Source: Flectonema sp. DT1601 (taxonomy: Eukaryota). Taken from it: 64,000 bases of DNA. The stretch spans positions 62,001 to 126,000 of the forward strand of contig OZ025793.1 in the NCBI GenBank assembly GCA_964019425.1, in the 5' to 3' direction. A program made the translations under genes and the position numbers. Shown in pieces: positions 35,901 to 48,060 of this stretch (within the stretch, counting starts at the first letter, position 1; each line of letters starts with the position of its first letter). The notes beneath the pieces are model-generated. The model searched no databases, was not told the origin of the DNA, and worked only from the letters and a program-made list of their open reading frames with translations.

Positions 35901-36907
35901 ACAAGTGATTGGAATCTTGGAACAAAGGGAGTATCCTGACTACTGCACTGAAGTGGCAACAGCCAGGGCTGAGGAGTTCCTCTTCTCAAAACAAGGCAGA
36001 GATTGGTTTTCATGACTCTCGCAACCCTCCAACGCCTCTCAGAGATGTCTTCCCGATGAGAAGGGTTAATAAAAGTTGCTCTTTTCGCTTACATTACAGA
36101 TTGCTATCACAAAAGCAAGTGAGTGACTGTACGACACGCAGGCAGATGGCGACAGAAAGCATACAAACGACTACAATGAAGTTGGGAATAACAGAGAGCT
36201 CAGAGAATGTCAACGCTGTGTAGAATTACGAAAGTATCCGCAACACCCTTTTCGGGATTCGGAGTCCAGTGCCCTGGTATAATTCTATCATCATAGCAAC
36301 AGGAAGATTAAAACAAGTGATTGGAATCTTGGAACAAAGGGAGTATCCTGACTACTGCACTGAAGTGGCAACAGCCAGGGCTGAGGAGTTCCTCTTCTCA
36401 AAACAAGGCAGAGATTGGTTTTCATGACTCTCGCAACCCTCCAACGCCTCTCAGAGATGTCTTCCCGATGAGAAGGGTTAATAAAAGTTGCTCTTTGTTT
36501 GTTTTTTCTTCTTTCCATATATTCAGGAATGATCTCCGAAGTGTTTCCCGCTGGAGAGAATACTTTCAACTCAACCCAGCAGAATTGCACTCCGTTGTGT
36601 GCTAACAACACGTCTAGTGACACGTGACAAGTGTGAAAAGTTTTCAATAGAAGTAAAACACACCTAATTTACCTCCTTCTGTTTCTTGTGATGGAGAAGG
36701 TTGTGGTGACTGTTGCTGTTGCTGTTGTTGTTGAGCTGGTTGACTAGAGCCACTAGGCATTGGTTGTGGCTGTGATGGTATATTAGGGGTGGTTGGTGTA
36801 CCACCACTTCTACTACCACCTCCGAGAGGTGGAAATTCTTCCGTGTTAGCAAGCACCTCAGGGGCCGGTCTCCTAGAACCGCCCTCGGCGGTTTTCAAGT
36901 AAGACAT
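32985..36907 (-). CDS. CNOT2: CCR4-NOT subunit NOT2; exons 36907-36664, 33876-33784, 33703-33615, 33538-33393, 33291-32985
   Basis: KYGLDGILEIIR..LALGYDLTTLGLSLNS..ETLFYIFYSMPRDVLQLAAAQELYNREWRFHK; all splice phases consistent. Confidence 0.93.
33913..36596 (-). repeat. Intronic modular array 3 (putative snoRNA cluster) in CNOT2 intron 1 (33877-36663)
   Basis: Six module-A copies (34051, 34468, 34880, 35501, 35913, 36325); 412- and 621-bp periods. Confidence 0.95.
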
Positions 36908-37606
36908 TAAAGAGTAGTACTGAAGGAAGTAATTATTTATTATTTATTTAATGAAGACTTTGACTCAAGCTTTCTCAATTGTATTTCTTATCATCCGAGT
37001 ACTGTTGGGGGGGAATGAGATAAAATTAACTTCTTTGATGTGAACAATCACGACTATTTTTTTTTTCCGCCAACGATAGCGATAACGCATCGTATCAATT
37101 AACACTTTTTCAGTTCGTTCTTTTTTTTCATTTCTGAGTCGGCACACTCTTTCGGGAAAATTCCTTCTTTTCTTTTTTCTGATTTTGTTGTTGCTATTCT
37201 TTTGCTTAACGAAGTCGGAGAAGTTGCTGACTACGTCTCGGAAGTACACAATCAGCAGGAATTCCTATAAAATAAATAACTATTTTTTTTATTATTATTT
37301 TTTTTTTTATTCTGCCAGCTAAAACTGGCTACCGTAGTTTACTTTCTTGTTTTCTTTTTTCATTTTTCTTTTTTTTTTTTTTTTTTTCCTTCTTTTTTCT
37401 TGTTCTCATTCTTACATGAGGGGACGGTCACCAGGACGCGAGCCACTGGAGTTCTCCTGCAATAGAAATTCCTCTTTCACTTATATTATAATATCCTTTT
37501 TATCCACTGGTCATGAATAAAATAGGTGTGAGGAGCCGAGGAGTAAAACAGAAGTACGCAGTACAACACTACTTATTAAAATACAGAAGCACGATGAGAA
37601 GCAAGC

Positions 37607-38356
37607 CTACGCCGCAAGGGCCTTCACAATGGAGTCTGATGCAGACTTTGAGAGTACAACACCACTGTCCTTCATTGCTTTGAGAACCTGTTATTAGTTT
37701 TTTGTTGTTAAATATTGTAATTAGAAAAACTTGTTTTCGCGTACACTAATTAACCATACCTTAGTAGCTCCAGCCTTGTCACCAGACGCAAGAAGTCTAT
37801 CAAGTAGGTGGAAGTAAGCTGACTGTCTAGTTGGGGCGTTCATTCCTCTCCAACGCATAGTTGAGTTCTCAGACTCAGTAGCTGGTTTCTTACCGTACAA
37901 AGCAACAGCAGCAGCTTTGTATCCAGAGTATATGTTGTGAATGTGAAAGCGATGTTTGTTGTGGTTTCGTGTGTACGGTCTGATAAATTCATATTGTCTG
38001 AAGTAGTTTTTAATATCAACCACCAGATCCTTAAGAACCGGAAAGTTAGGCAGCGGCATTACCGTTGTTACGGTTGGAGCGTAAGTGATGCATGCCAGAG
38101 AGTTAATTCCATTGATATTCATAGCACATGATCCACAAACACCTTCACAACACGACGCTCTAAATGCTAATGACGGGTCCTGATGAGCCTTCACTGCTAC
38201 TAACAAATCCAAAACCATGTACTCGTTTGACTTTTGGTACTTAAACGAATCAATTCTTTGTGTGTTGGTCACTGGATCAAATCTTCCAATCTGAAGAGTT
38301 CCTTCAACACCAGCCGCCTTGGCTTCGCAGAGCATTGGAATACACTTACGTAACAT
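37607..38356 (-). CDS. SDH2N: Succinate dehydrogenase Fe-S subunit, N-terminal half; exons 38356-37760 and 37687-37607
   Basis: FRASCCEGVCGSCAMNING..LAC..LKDLVVD [2Fe-2S] domain; no 4Fe-4S or 3Fe-4S cysteine motifs follow. Confidence 0.92.
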
Positions 38357-38618
38357 ATTGAAATTTGATTACTGTTCTTTTTTATTGTTAAAAAAAAAAA
38401 AAAGAAAAAAAATAATAACAAACAACAGCAACAATTGATATCGATGATTGGACTGCAATAATAATTTCATCTTATTAGAGGGGCTGTGTTCAAAAATAAT
38501 AATAAAAAAAAGATTTTTTTTTTTTAATTTTATCAAAAAAAAAAAAAATAATTTGAAAAAACAAAAGTTAGTAGTACAGGCGAATCTAAATTGATAACAA
38601 TAATGTGATGGGTCGGAC

Positions 38619-39002
38619 TCATTCAGTATTTGTATTTACTGACCGCTCTCTTTTTATTGCCATGCTCTCTAAGTTAATCACATTAACGTCTTGTTGGATA
38701 CGTTCAAGGGCTGACTTTAAACCGTCCCTGAGGTTGCTTAAAGTTGGAGGAGGAGGTGATAAGTTCAAACTAATGTCAGTCGCGGTTTTTAATGGACGAA
38801 TCGGAGGATGGATTTCATCGAGAAGTTCGTTTAGTCGATTTATCTCTTTTGATTGTTCTTCAATCTTCGAATCTTTAATTCGAATTATATTTTGAAGTAT
38901 TTTAATAGTTTCTTTATCAGTTACTCCAATCTCGTGTGAGGATTTCATATCAGGTAATGCGGGTGATACTAGAGAGTAATCTCGGGGTCTTATTGAAGTC
39001 AT
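38619..39002 (-). CDS. Small coiled-coil hypothetical protein
   Basis: 127-aa ORF. Confidence 0.6.
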   Translation of the reverse strand: MTSIRPRDYSLVSPALPDMKSSHEIGVTDKETIKILQNIIRIKDSKIEEQSKEINRLNELLDEIHPPIRPLKTATDISLNLSPPPPTLSNLRDGLKSALERIQQDVNVINLESMAIKRERSVNTNTE

Positions 39003-39946
39003 TGTTGTTGTTTTTATTAATTATCTAATCGAGGTCTTGTGAGAAGAAAATAATTATATTTTAAATATTCGCGTTGCTTACGACGAAAGGTATTGAAGAA
39101 CTTGTTCGTATTTGTTTCTTTTTTTTTTTTTTTTTTTTTTTGCTCTTTTTTTTTTTTATTGCATTGCTTCATTCACTGACGATAGTTTCGCTTGTTTTTT
39201 CTTCTCATTATTTTTATTCACTTCCCCCCTTTGAAGAGGGGATTAGTTGAACTTTTTTCAACATAAAAAACACGAAAAATCAAAAAACCAGAAGATAGAA
39301 CCCCCAGGAAGAATTCCCAAAAGTCTGTACTTGGTATCAAAAGGTAGCCTTATAACATCTCATAATGATGTTACAATAAATGTGAGACTCAATACTGGTT
39401 ACACTTCCAACTGTCTACTGGTTGCTAATACTTCTGCAGATTAAAACGTTTTGTACCTGCCATTCGTAGGTAGCGTAGCACGCATACCTCACACGGAAAT
39501 GCTCTCACAGGTTTTTGCCAAGACTGAGGGGAGGGAAAGATGGGACGAAATGGTTCCGAAGAAGGCTCTCTTTTTTTTCGGTTTTTTTTTTTTTTTTTTT
39601 TTTTTTTTGATTACTTCTTTTGGTGAAAAAAGGTGAAAAAAAAAAAAAAAAGAGAGAGAACGAAAAAAAAAAAACGTTTACCGGCAGAACGTCAGATCGC
39701 TCGAGTTGAGCGCTGGTACGTTCTGTAGTGCGGTGCATAACACAGTGATTGGAAGCTTGCAAATTAACTTCCGCACCAACCATTATAAAGGGGGCTTTGG
39801 AACCATTGATTGTGTCTGCCCTGATCACGAGAAGAGTTACCAAAAGCCATTAAAGGTAATAATGGAAACCAACTGCGATTACTACTTTTAATGTGACGGA
39901 TACGTTGTCACTTAATAGAGAGTCAGAAACACGAATAGTAATTATT

Positions 39947-40945
39947 TTAGTCATTCTTCTTTTTATTTCCTTCGTCGTAGTCTCCGAAGTCCGAGCTGTC
40001 TTCGTCGTCTGATCGGACGTCTTCGATACCTCCGTTCTTAAACATCTTAACTGTTGCGCTAATAATTAAATACATCCAGTAGCACTGAAGGACGTATAAG
40101 ACCCATAAAAGACCTACACAAACACTACCACCAACACCAAGGTCTAGAGACTCAGTGTGTCCAGAGATCATAACGTATGGCATCATTACAATTCTCGTTC
40201 CAAAGAAAACAATCGCAAATATAGCAAAGCAGATATCTGCAATAGTTTGGTTGATCGTTCTCTTTGAGGATTTTGGAGCTCCGGAATCGCTGACGTATTT
40301 AAATAACTTTGCGATGTGAAGAGGAACATCCGCAGGATCTAATAAAAACATAACAATAAGACCAGTTCTTAACCAATCATATTGGTATGATAAACCAACT
40401 AATACGACTGTCACCCAGTGATGGATTTGCATTTCCAAGAAATCCTTTCTCTTGTGTTCCAGTAACACAGAGATACCCCCCTGGAAGTAACGTGCGCAGT
40501 ACAAGATGTAGAAGGCTGTGACATCTCTTGGGACTGGTCCCATTTTTTCATATTGCCACCAGTGAATTGATGGCCAAAATGTTTGCTGTCTCGGAACAGT
40601 CCACAATCCTAAAAGGAAGAATACCAGGTATGTGACAGCCTCCATTGCTGATTGAGCAAACTTCTGAACTGCTGGTATCTTTGCACTCTTTCCGTTCGGT
40701 CTCTGTAGCAGCAGACGTGCGAAAGGTTCAACAACAAACCAACGAATAGACCAATTGAGAACGAAGCATGCTAAACTCATAACACAAAATACACCAAGAA
40801 CGTTTATAGATCTGTCTGGAATCTGTTCCTTCACAACTTCACCATTCATACCTGCACAGAAGTCTTTCATTAACGACTGTGTCTCTCCAACAGCTGCTAC
40901 CCAAAAGGGTTTTGTGAGAAGTTCCGATTTAAGGAAGTCTTCCAT
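39947..40945 (-). CDS. LAG1: Ceramide synthase (LAG1/TLC domain)
   Basis: Lag1 motif RKDFLEMQIHHWVT..LDPADVPL..K; acidic tail DVRSDDED. Confidence 0.92.
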   Translation of the reverse strand: MEDFLKSELLTKPFWVAAVGETQSLMKDFCAGMNGEVVKEQIPDRSINVLGVFCVMSLACFVLNWSIRWFVVEPFARLLLQRPNGKSAKIPAVQKFAQSAMEAVTYLVFFLLGLWTVPRQQTFWPSIHWWQYEKMGPVPRDVTAFYILYCARYFQGGISVLLEHKRKDFLEMQIHHWVTVVLVGLSYQYDWLRTGLIVMFLLDPADVPLHIAKLFKYVSDSGAPKSSKRTINQTIADICFAIFAIVFFGTRIVMMPYVMISGHTESLDLGVGGSVCVGLLWVLYVLQCYWMYLIISATVKMFKNGGIEDVRSDDEDSSDFGDYDEGNKKKND

Positions 40946-42418
40946 TTTTTTTTATAAGAAAATAATAATTGCTATTTGTGGGGGGAAAAGTAGGATTTTG
41001 TAATTATTACGTCGTTTTTTTTTTTTTTTAGCGCAGTCACTGTATTATCAACCTCTGGGAATTTAAAAAAAAAAAAAAAAAAGGTAATTCGACAATAAGA
41101 AACCAACTTAACCAACTTACACTACCACCCACAAAACAGGTTTGCATTGGTACCAACGAAATGCACACGTGAAAAATCTTTTTCTTCGGGGGAGTATTTT
41201 TTTTTTTTTTTTTTTTTTTTTCGAGACTTTTTTTCTTCTTTTTTCCTTCTTTTTTTTTTTTTTCTTCTGTTGTTCTTTTCTTCTAACACCCTGCGAAGGA
41301 TGCGTGTCAATGAAGAAAACTAGCAGGGAATAGAACGTCATTGGATATATCAAAACTAAAGAATTACCTCGCAAAAAAAAAGCGAGGAAGAGGCGAAGAA
41401 AATATATATATTGAGATCCTCGCCCCACTGCACTCTTTTCTTTTTTTTTTTTTTTTTATACTTCTCTTGAAACCTGAACTGCACGTAGAAAGAAAACGGG
41501 GAAGTAGAGGGAAGGAAGTGCAAAAAATGAAATAAAATAAAAAAAACAGAGGAATAGCTTCTTTCAAATACAAAGCAACAGTACACTATTCTTCGAGTTG
41601 GGCACATAAACGAAGGTGGGCGGGCACTATCGGCCCTTCTTTTTTTTCATTGAGCATGTTGCACAGAACTCCGGCATGGAGAATAAATCGCACAAAAAAA
41701 CGGGGGGAAAAGAGAAGAAAAAAAAACAGGAATAAAAAGAAAACAAAACTCAAAGCCAACTACACACTCTTAGAGAGTGAAAACAGCAGTAGCCATCAGC
41801 AACGTTCAGCCGTGAAGCAAATTTCGTGACGTTGGTGTTGCATTTTTCTGAACCACCTTTGAACGCTATTTGCGAAAAGGTAAGAATTCGAAAAAGAATA
41901 TGTGAGTTTTCTTTCGAAAAACTCACATATCTCTTTACTGACTGTTAGCCTTCACAAAATTCTGTTTCTTGCTACTGGGAGTTTACAAAGGGAAAGGGGG
42001 AGAGAAGTGCTCAAAACGCACAGCGGAAGAGACAAGAGACACAGGGCTACTTATCAAGAATCATTCCTATTACTTACCTGTTACATTTGATTCTCTTCTT
42101 CCACAAGTACGTACCCAACGTGAATCAGTTGGGATATAAAAAAAGGGAAAACAAAAAAGTTGGGTAATTTTGGGGGAAAAATCTGAACAAAAAAATAGGG
42201 GTGGGAGCAGAAAATGAAAGCAGTAGTTGTTGTTATCGCAAATTAAAAGCCCCCCTTCGAGAATCTCCACACAACTCATTCCATCAGAGTCGAGTGAACC
42301 AAACAGCCCCACCGAAGGAGGGGCAGATACAAAAGAAAATGCGGTTTCCTCTTTCAACGCTTCTGCTCCTATTAAAGAGGAAGAACTGCAAAGAAATGGA
42401 AAATTAATTCGGTGCGGA

Positions 42419-45400
42419 TTACTTGGTCAGTGGTGACCTCGTCCTGCTGACTGGTGAACGGACACGTCTCTGAGTCATTGGAGCGTGACTAGAGGTGTTT
42501 CTAAATGGGTCAGAGTATTTCTTTGAAGGAGTAGCTGTTGAAGTAGCTCTTGGAGAGGTGTGTTGTTGGCTGCTAGAGCGAGCAGTAGCGGAACCAGAAA
42601 CAGTCGCCATTCTGGCAGCCTTCTGCTCCTTCATCTTCTTGTGGATTTGTTGAGTCTTCAGAGTTTGTTTTGGTTGAGGGAATCTTCCATTAGTGTGCTC
42701 TCTTGCTCTCTGAGCTGGTGGTGGTGGGTCATTTAATGCACTTGGAACTTGACCAGCTGGGAAGAATCTGCTTGAGACGAATTGCTTCAAGTCAGCGTGG
42801 TTTCTGGTAATCTTTTTGATCTCAGCAGACATGTCTTCAATCTGAAGTTGAACGTCACTCTTCTGTCTGTCAGTTGCAGCCAACTGGTCCTTCGCCTCAG
42901 CGACCTTTGTTAGAAGAGATCTGTTCACTGAGAGAAGTTCCTTGTGTTCGGCTTCAACATCAGCCAAGTCCTTTGATGTAACTCCGTTCTGCTCTGCAAG
43001 TCTCTTGTGCTCTTCTCTTAAAGCAGCGAGCTGAGCCTTCGCGCGGACAACTTCCTGCTGAGCGCCACTGATCTTCTGATCGGCCTCTTCATTCTCTCTG
43101 ACGATCTGGTGGTACTCTTTGTCGAGGTCTCCAAGTTTTGAATTAGATTCCTGGTTTTCACGTTCCTTCTCATCCTTAATCTTTGAGAGAGCTTCTTCAG
43201 TTCTCGCGATATCAGATTGGTAATGAACCTTATCTTGTTCAGCCTTCTTCTTAGCAGCAGACAGCCTGTGGATCTTCTCATTTAAGAGTGCCATGCTATC
43301 GGCGTAGTTTCTATTCAAATCAGCTAATCTCTGTTGGGCCTGCTCGAAGGTAGTTGTCAAGTATCTGTTCTCATCCTGGACTTTGCTCAGTTCAATCTTC
43401 TTCAATTCCTGTTGTTAATTATTTGTTATTGAGTTCTTCTTCATATAAAAGAATAATCATAATGAGGACTTATTTAAATCTCGCAACCCTCCAACGCCTC
43501 TCAGAGATGTCTTCCCGATGAGAAGGGTTAATTAAAGTTGCTCTTTGTTTGTTTTTCTTCTTTCCATATATTCAGGAATGATCTCCGAAGTGTTTCCCGC
43601 TGGAGAGAATACTTTCAACTCAACCCAGCAGAATTGCACTCCGTTCTACACGTGAACAGCAGTTTCTCGCAAACTCGACCAGACGAGAATCAAATAATAA
43701 TATGATCTTTGACAACAGAGAGAGACCTCTGCAGCACAACAACAGCTGCAGGTCCTTGGGAGCCGTCACTACGAAAACAGGTTGTGTGTGTTGTTCGATG
43801 AAAGAGTATGTAGGATCACACCAAGGCACAGTAAACACATTTCAGAATAGTGTAGATGTGCTGGTTAAATGTGATTCTTACTTTGCTATTGCGCGGTTGA
43901 TAATACTGTTGAATTGAGATCGGGCTCAGTGCAATCAGCCTGTCCAGCGCTTGCATTAGATTCCCATCACTGTGAAGTCACTTTGATATTTATCAATCTT
44001 GGAACAAAGGGAGTATCCTGACTACTGCACTGAAGTGGCAACAGCCAGGGCTGAGGAGTTCCTCTTCTCAAAACAAGGCAGAGATTAGTTTTCATGACTC
44101 TCGCAACCCTCCAACGCCTCTCAGAGATGTCTTCCCGACGAGAAGGGTTAATTAAAAGTTGCTCTTTGTTTGTTTCTTCTTCTTTCCATATATTCAGGAA
44201 TGATCTCCGAAGTGTTTCCCGCTGGAGAGAATACTTTCAACTCAACCCAGCAGAATTGCACTCCGTTCTACACGTGAACAGCAGTTTCTCGCAAACTCGA
44301 CCAGACAAGAATCAAATAATATTATGATCTTTGACAACAGAGAGAGACCTCTGCAGCACAACAACAGCTGCAGGTCCTTGGGAGCCGTCATGCAGTTAAA
44401 AGTCTTCTTAGAATTCTGAGGAAGATGAAACATTGTGAAGTGATGTACATACCAACTGTCCTTCAATCTTTGCGAACTTCTCCTTAGCGGTAGTTTGCTG
44501 GCTGGCGAGGGTGTCCATGAATCTGTTTATTTTAAGTAAGTTGTTAAATCAGTACAGTGAAGACTTCTATTTATTATAAAATATTACATACTTCCTATCC
44601 TTGTGAATCTGAAGGGAGTTACGGAAGGCTAACGCCAACTGTCTCTGCTTCGTCTGTTGCATTTCAAGACGAGTGTGCTCTTCTTTGAGTCTCAATTCCT
44701 TCTCTTCCTGCTTCAGTTTGTCTTTCTCCTTACGAGTTTCTTCAATCTCTACTTCTGTGTGCGCCAATTTTCGTGAAAGGTTTTCAGCTTCAGCTCCAAC
44801 AGCAGATGCTTCTTCTTCAAGTTGAGCACGGATTTCCTGTTTTTATTTAGGTTTGAAGTATTTAATTGTGACTGAGGGTAGGCAGTCAGGGTAAGCTTTG
44901 ATAAAGTATATCAGTTGAGTAACTTCATAAATAACATACTCTCAATTCCGTGGTCTCAGCCTTGATACGGCGAAGGTCCTGGGCGGCCTCATCTCTTGCT
45001 TTGATCTGTTAATTTGGTTGTTTATTTTATATTTTTAATAACCGAAAAGATATTCGTAAATGAGATGAAAAGTATACCTCTGACTGAAGAGCATCGTGCT
45101 TTTCCTTAAGTAAGAGACCCTGCTTTTGAAGATCGTCAAATTCGCACTTTGCCTTCTTGTAGTCGACTTCGGCCTTTTCAAGTTGGTTTTTCAAACCAAT
45201 GCGGACTTCTTCGTCAGCGGCGTCGGCTTTTTCAGCGAGCTTTTCACGGAGACGTTCCATCTCCATACGCATTGCGTTTACAACAACTGCTCCACGCTCG
45301 TCGTTACGCTTTGCTTTGCAGACGATATCTTTCGCTTTGTTAGCGTATCTGAGAGTGTTTGCTGTGTCTTCAAAGTTTCCATGGTATGGAGACACTGCTG

Positions 45401-46559
45401 CTAACATAACAGTCTTCGAGTTTCCACCTAAAGACTCCGACAGTAACCAAGTCAACATACTCTCACGGTATGGTGCTATTGTTTTGCTAGCGCTCTTCTT
45501 CTTAGCCTTCTCAATAAGAACATCAATGACACGTCTTAAAGTTGATAAAGACAAGTTGATCTTCGTGGCTTCATCAAGACGAGCTCCTTCAGCTCCAGAC
45601 ATCTTAACTCTTTCGGATCCAGCGAGATCGACTAAATTGATATTAGAAAGAGTGTTCATTCCCTGAATTGGATTCTTCTGTTTGAAAGTAATCTGAAAGA
45701 TCGCATGAGATCTTGAAGAGACGTCGTTCATCTTTGTGGCAGCAGTATGACGCATGTCCATACCGTGAGCCATAAGCTTACAACATTGCTCAGCGGAGGT
45801 TACTACTTCTCTGTTCAATCCCTCAACGTAGGTACCATCGGTAGGTGAGTGTCTTACCTTTAGGTCGTTGTAATCTTTTTCAGCTTCTGTTGTGGTGTCC
45901 TGTGACTTCTTCTTCTTCTCCTTTTTCCTAGGTCCGAGCAACAGATCCTTACACTTTTCTTTATAGATCTCCATGAAAGAGAGCTCAACGCTGAAAACGG
46001 TGTTGTCACCCTTCGACTTTAAGAAATCGATTTTAGCGAAGATTCCTTCGACTAAACGCGGGCAGATACCACGCTGTTCCTTAACAGTAGAGTCAAGACT
46101 TCCACTGGAATCAAGACCACCAAGCATAGAGTAAGTCTTACCAGCACCAGTTTGTCCGTAGGCAAAGATACAAGAATGGAATCCATCAAAGGCGTGCTGA
46201 ACTATAAGCGCACCAGTTTTCTCGTAGACTTCTGCTTGCTCAACGCAGTGAACTCCCATCTCCTTAATGGCTTGCTTTACAATCTCGTCCTGCATATCAA
46301 GTGCCCATTGCTCTTCTGGAATCGACCAGAACGCCTCGTCGAAATCAAAAGCTTCACATTCCTGGTATCCCTTTGCCGGGTCTAACAAACTGACACGTCT
46401 TCCTTTCATCATAACGATTGATTGAGGCATTCCATTGTCGTCTTCTTGTCTTAATTTTTCCAGTTCTCTTCTGTTGAAGGGACGGACTCGGACCATCGCC
46501 TCAACTCTGGTCTCATGGACCTTTCCCTTCTTCCCAGTCGGACTGCTCTTATCAGCCAT
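42419..46559 (-). CDS. Kinesin-3-like motor; exons 46559-45078, 45005-44940, 44836-44592, 44522-44453, 43408-42419
   Basis: VRVRPFN, FAYGQTGAGKTYSM, NDVSSRSHA, DLAGSE, LGGNSKT; coiled-coil tail; splice phases consistent. Confidence 0.93.
43479..44390 (-). repeat. Intronic modular array 4 (putative snoRNA cluster) in kinesin intron 4 (43409-44452)
   Basis: Plus-strand order B-C-D-E-A-B-C-D(partial); near-identical to the other arrays. Confidence 0.95.
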
Positions 46560-46872
46560 TGGATCTGGTTGTTATTAATACCTGTGTGGGAATAGTAATT
46601 AATGTTCTCATCTTATAGTCTTTCTCACTAGTGATTTGAATATTATCTTATAAAATATTGTGAGGGTGGCGCTGTAAGAATTTAAATTATTTTAAACTAC
46701 TTTAGAACACTACTCACACCATTGATAAGTAAAACGAGGTACAGATATCAGACTTTCGCACATCTGATTCACAATCGAATTACTTCTTCTGTCTTGCAAT
46801 TACTCGTTCCTATAATATGGGAACTAATCCCAAGAAGGCTTCTCGATGCTGTCGATGTGCTGCTCACCAATC

Positions 46873-47502
46873 TCAAATTGGTTCCTTCAGCCAGGCTACA
46901 AAAGTTCTCATAGACTGCATTGCCCTCGTTGCAGGTGTTTGCTTTGCTTTTTCTTGTTCAACAACACGTTTTAGTATTTGATATTGAGAAACACCTCTAA
47001 TTGTAATACAAGGTGTTCCAAATGGACCATATTGCTGAGCGTGAATGTATAGACCAGAGAGGTTCCTTTTTAATAATTCATTATTTACCCAGTTAGTCGC
47101 CTCAGTAATATCAATATCAGCAGGGAGGGGGATGTGTTGAATCATATTCGTCTTCTGTAGCTGCGTTACAATTGTTGAGATTCGCTTCTTTGTTCGCTCT
47201 TCTGACGTCATTCCTGAAGAGAATGGAGAACTGTTGTTTTGTTGTTGTCTCACGTCATTTTCACTTTCATTAAGTCCTCCCTCTTCTAGATAAGCAACTG
47301 CGACGTTTACTTCTTTGAACTTTTCTTCTCTTTTATTTTGTTCTTCGATACTGAGATGCATTGTTACGTCTGGATGGTTATTCAAAGCACATGTCTTATA
47401 AGCTTTCTTAACTTCAATTATAGTTGCCGTACTCTCCAACCCAAGAACTTGAAGCGCCTTCAACTTTGTAAGCTGGTGCAGATACCGAGACCTGCAAAAC
47501 AT
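46873..47502 (-). CDS. J-domain protein
   Basis: LQVLGL..VKKAYK..HPD..FKEVNVAVAYL. Confidence 0.85.
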   Translation of the reverse strand: MFCRSRYLHQLTKLKALQVLGLESTATIIEVKKAYKTCALNNHPDVTMHLSIEEQNKREEKFKEVNVAVAYLEEGGLNESENDVRQQQNNSSPFSSGMTSEERTKKRISTIVTQLQKTNMIQHIPLPADIDITEATNWVNNELLKRNLSGLYIHAQQYGPFGTPCITIRGVSQYQILKRVVEQEKAKQTPATRAMQSMRTFVAWLKEPI

Positions 47503-48060
47503 TATTTACAACATGTTACTGTAGTTGGAATAACCTAACACATCAAACGTTTTCTTATATAAGTGTGTATCTGGTTGGTTGAAACAGTGAGAGATTAATG
47601 ACTATAAGTTGTCAGAGTCTTGTAAAAATAATCACTTGTCCGCAAGTCTAAGGGGCCAGAGAATAGAGACATAAAGGCAGTAAGTGATCCCACTCTCAAG
47701 TTGAAAAAAAATACTCGACAAAAAAAAACGTACGCAAGTAGAACTAAAATTATCTTCAGCTATAAAAAATATAAAAAAAAATAATAATAATAAAAAAACG
47801 AAATGTCAAAAGCCGATCCATTTATTAGTGTAAAGAAAAGACTTCAAAACAAAACATTTTCATGTATAAAGACCGAAGGGTCAGATGAATTGAAACATAA
47901 ATAAAAAGGGAAACCTCCTTAGAGATTTTCCCATTAGCATATCAGCAGAATAACAAATGTAATTTGAGAGTCCAAACCAAGGTCAATAAAAGATATTCAC
48001 AGTCATTACACGTCTGACGATAATTATAGCGTCTGTTTTTGTCAATCACTCTGAAGTGTT

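Noticed and set aside
39000..42400. Lys/Phe-rich short ORFs in intergenic DNA (also near 32600, 37000, 52150, 62430)
   Set aside because: Translations of poly(A)/poly(T) tracts
13116..44390. CRISPR-like reading (constant repeat A with spacers)
   Set aside because: The intervening segments are long and themselves repeated; no cas genes; eukaryotic intronic context
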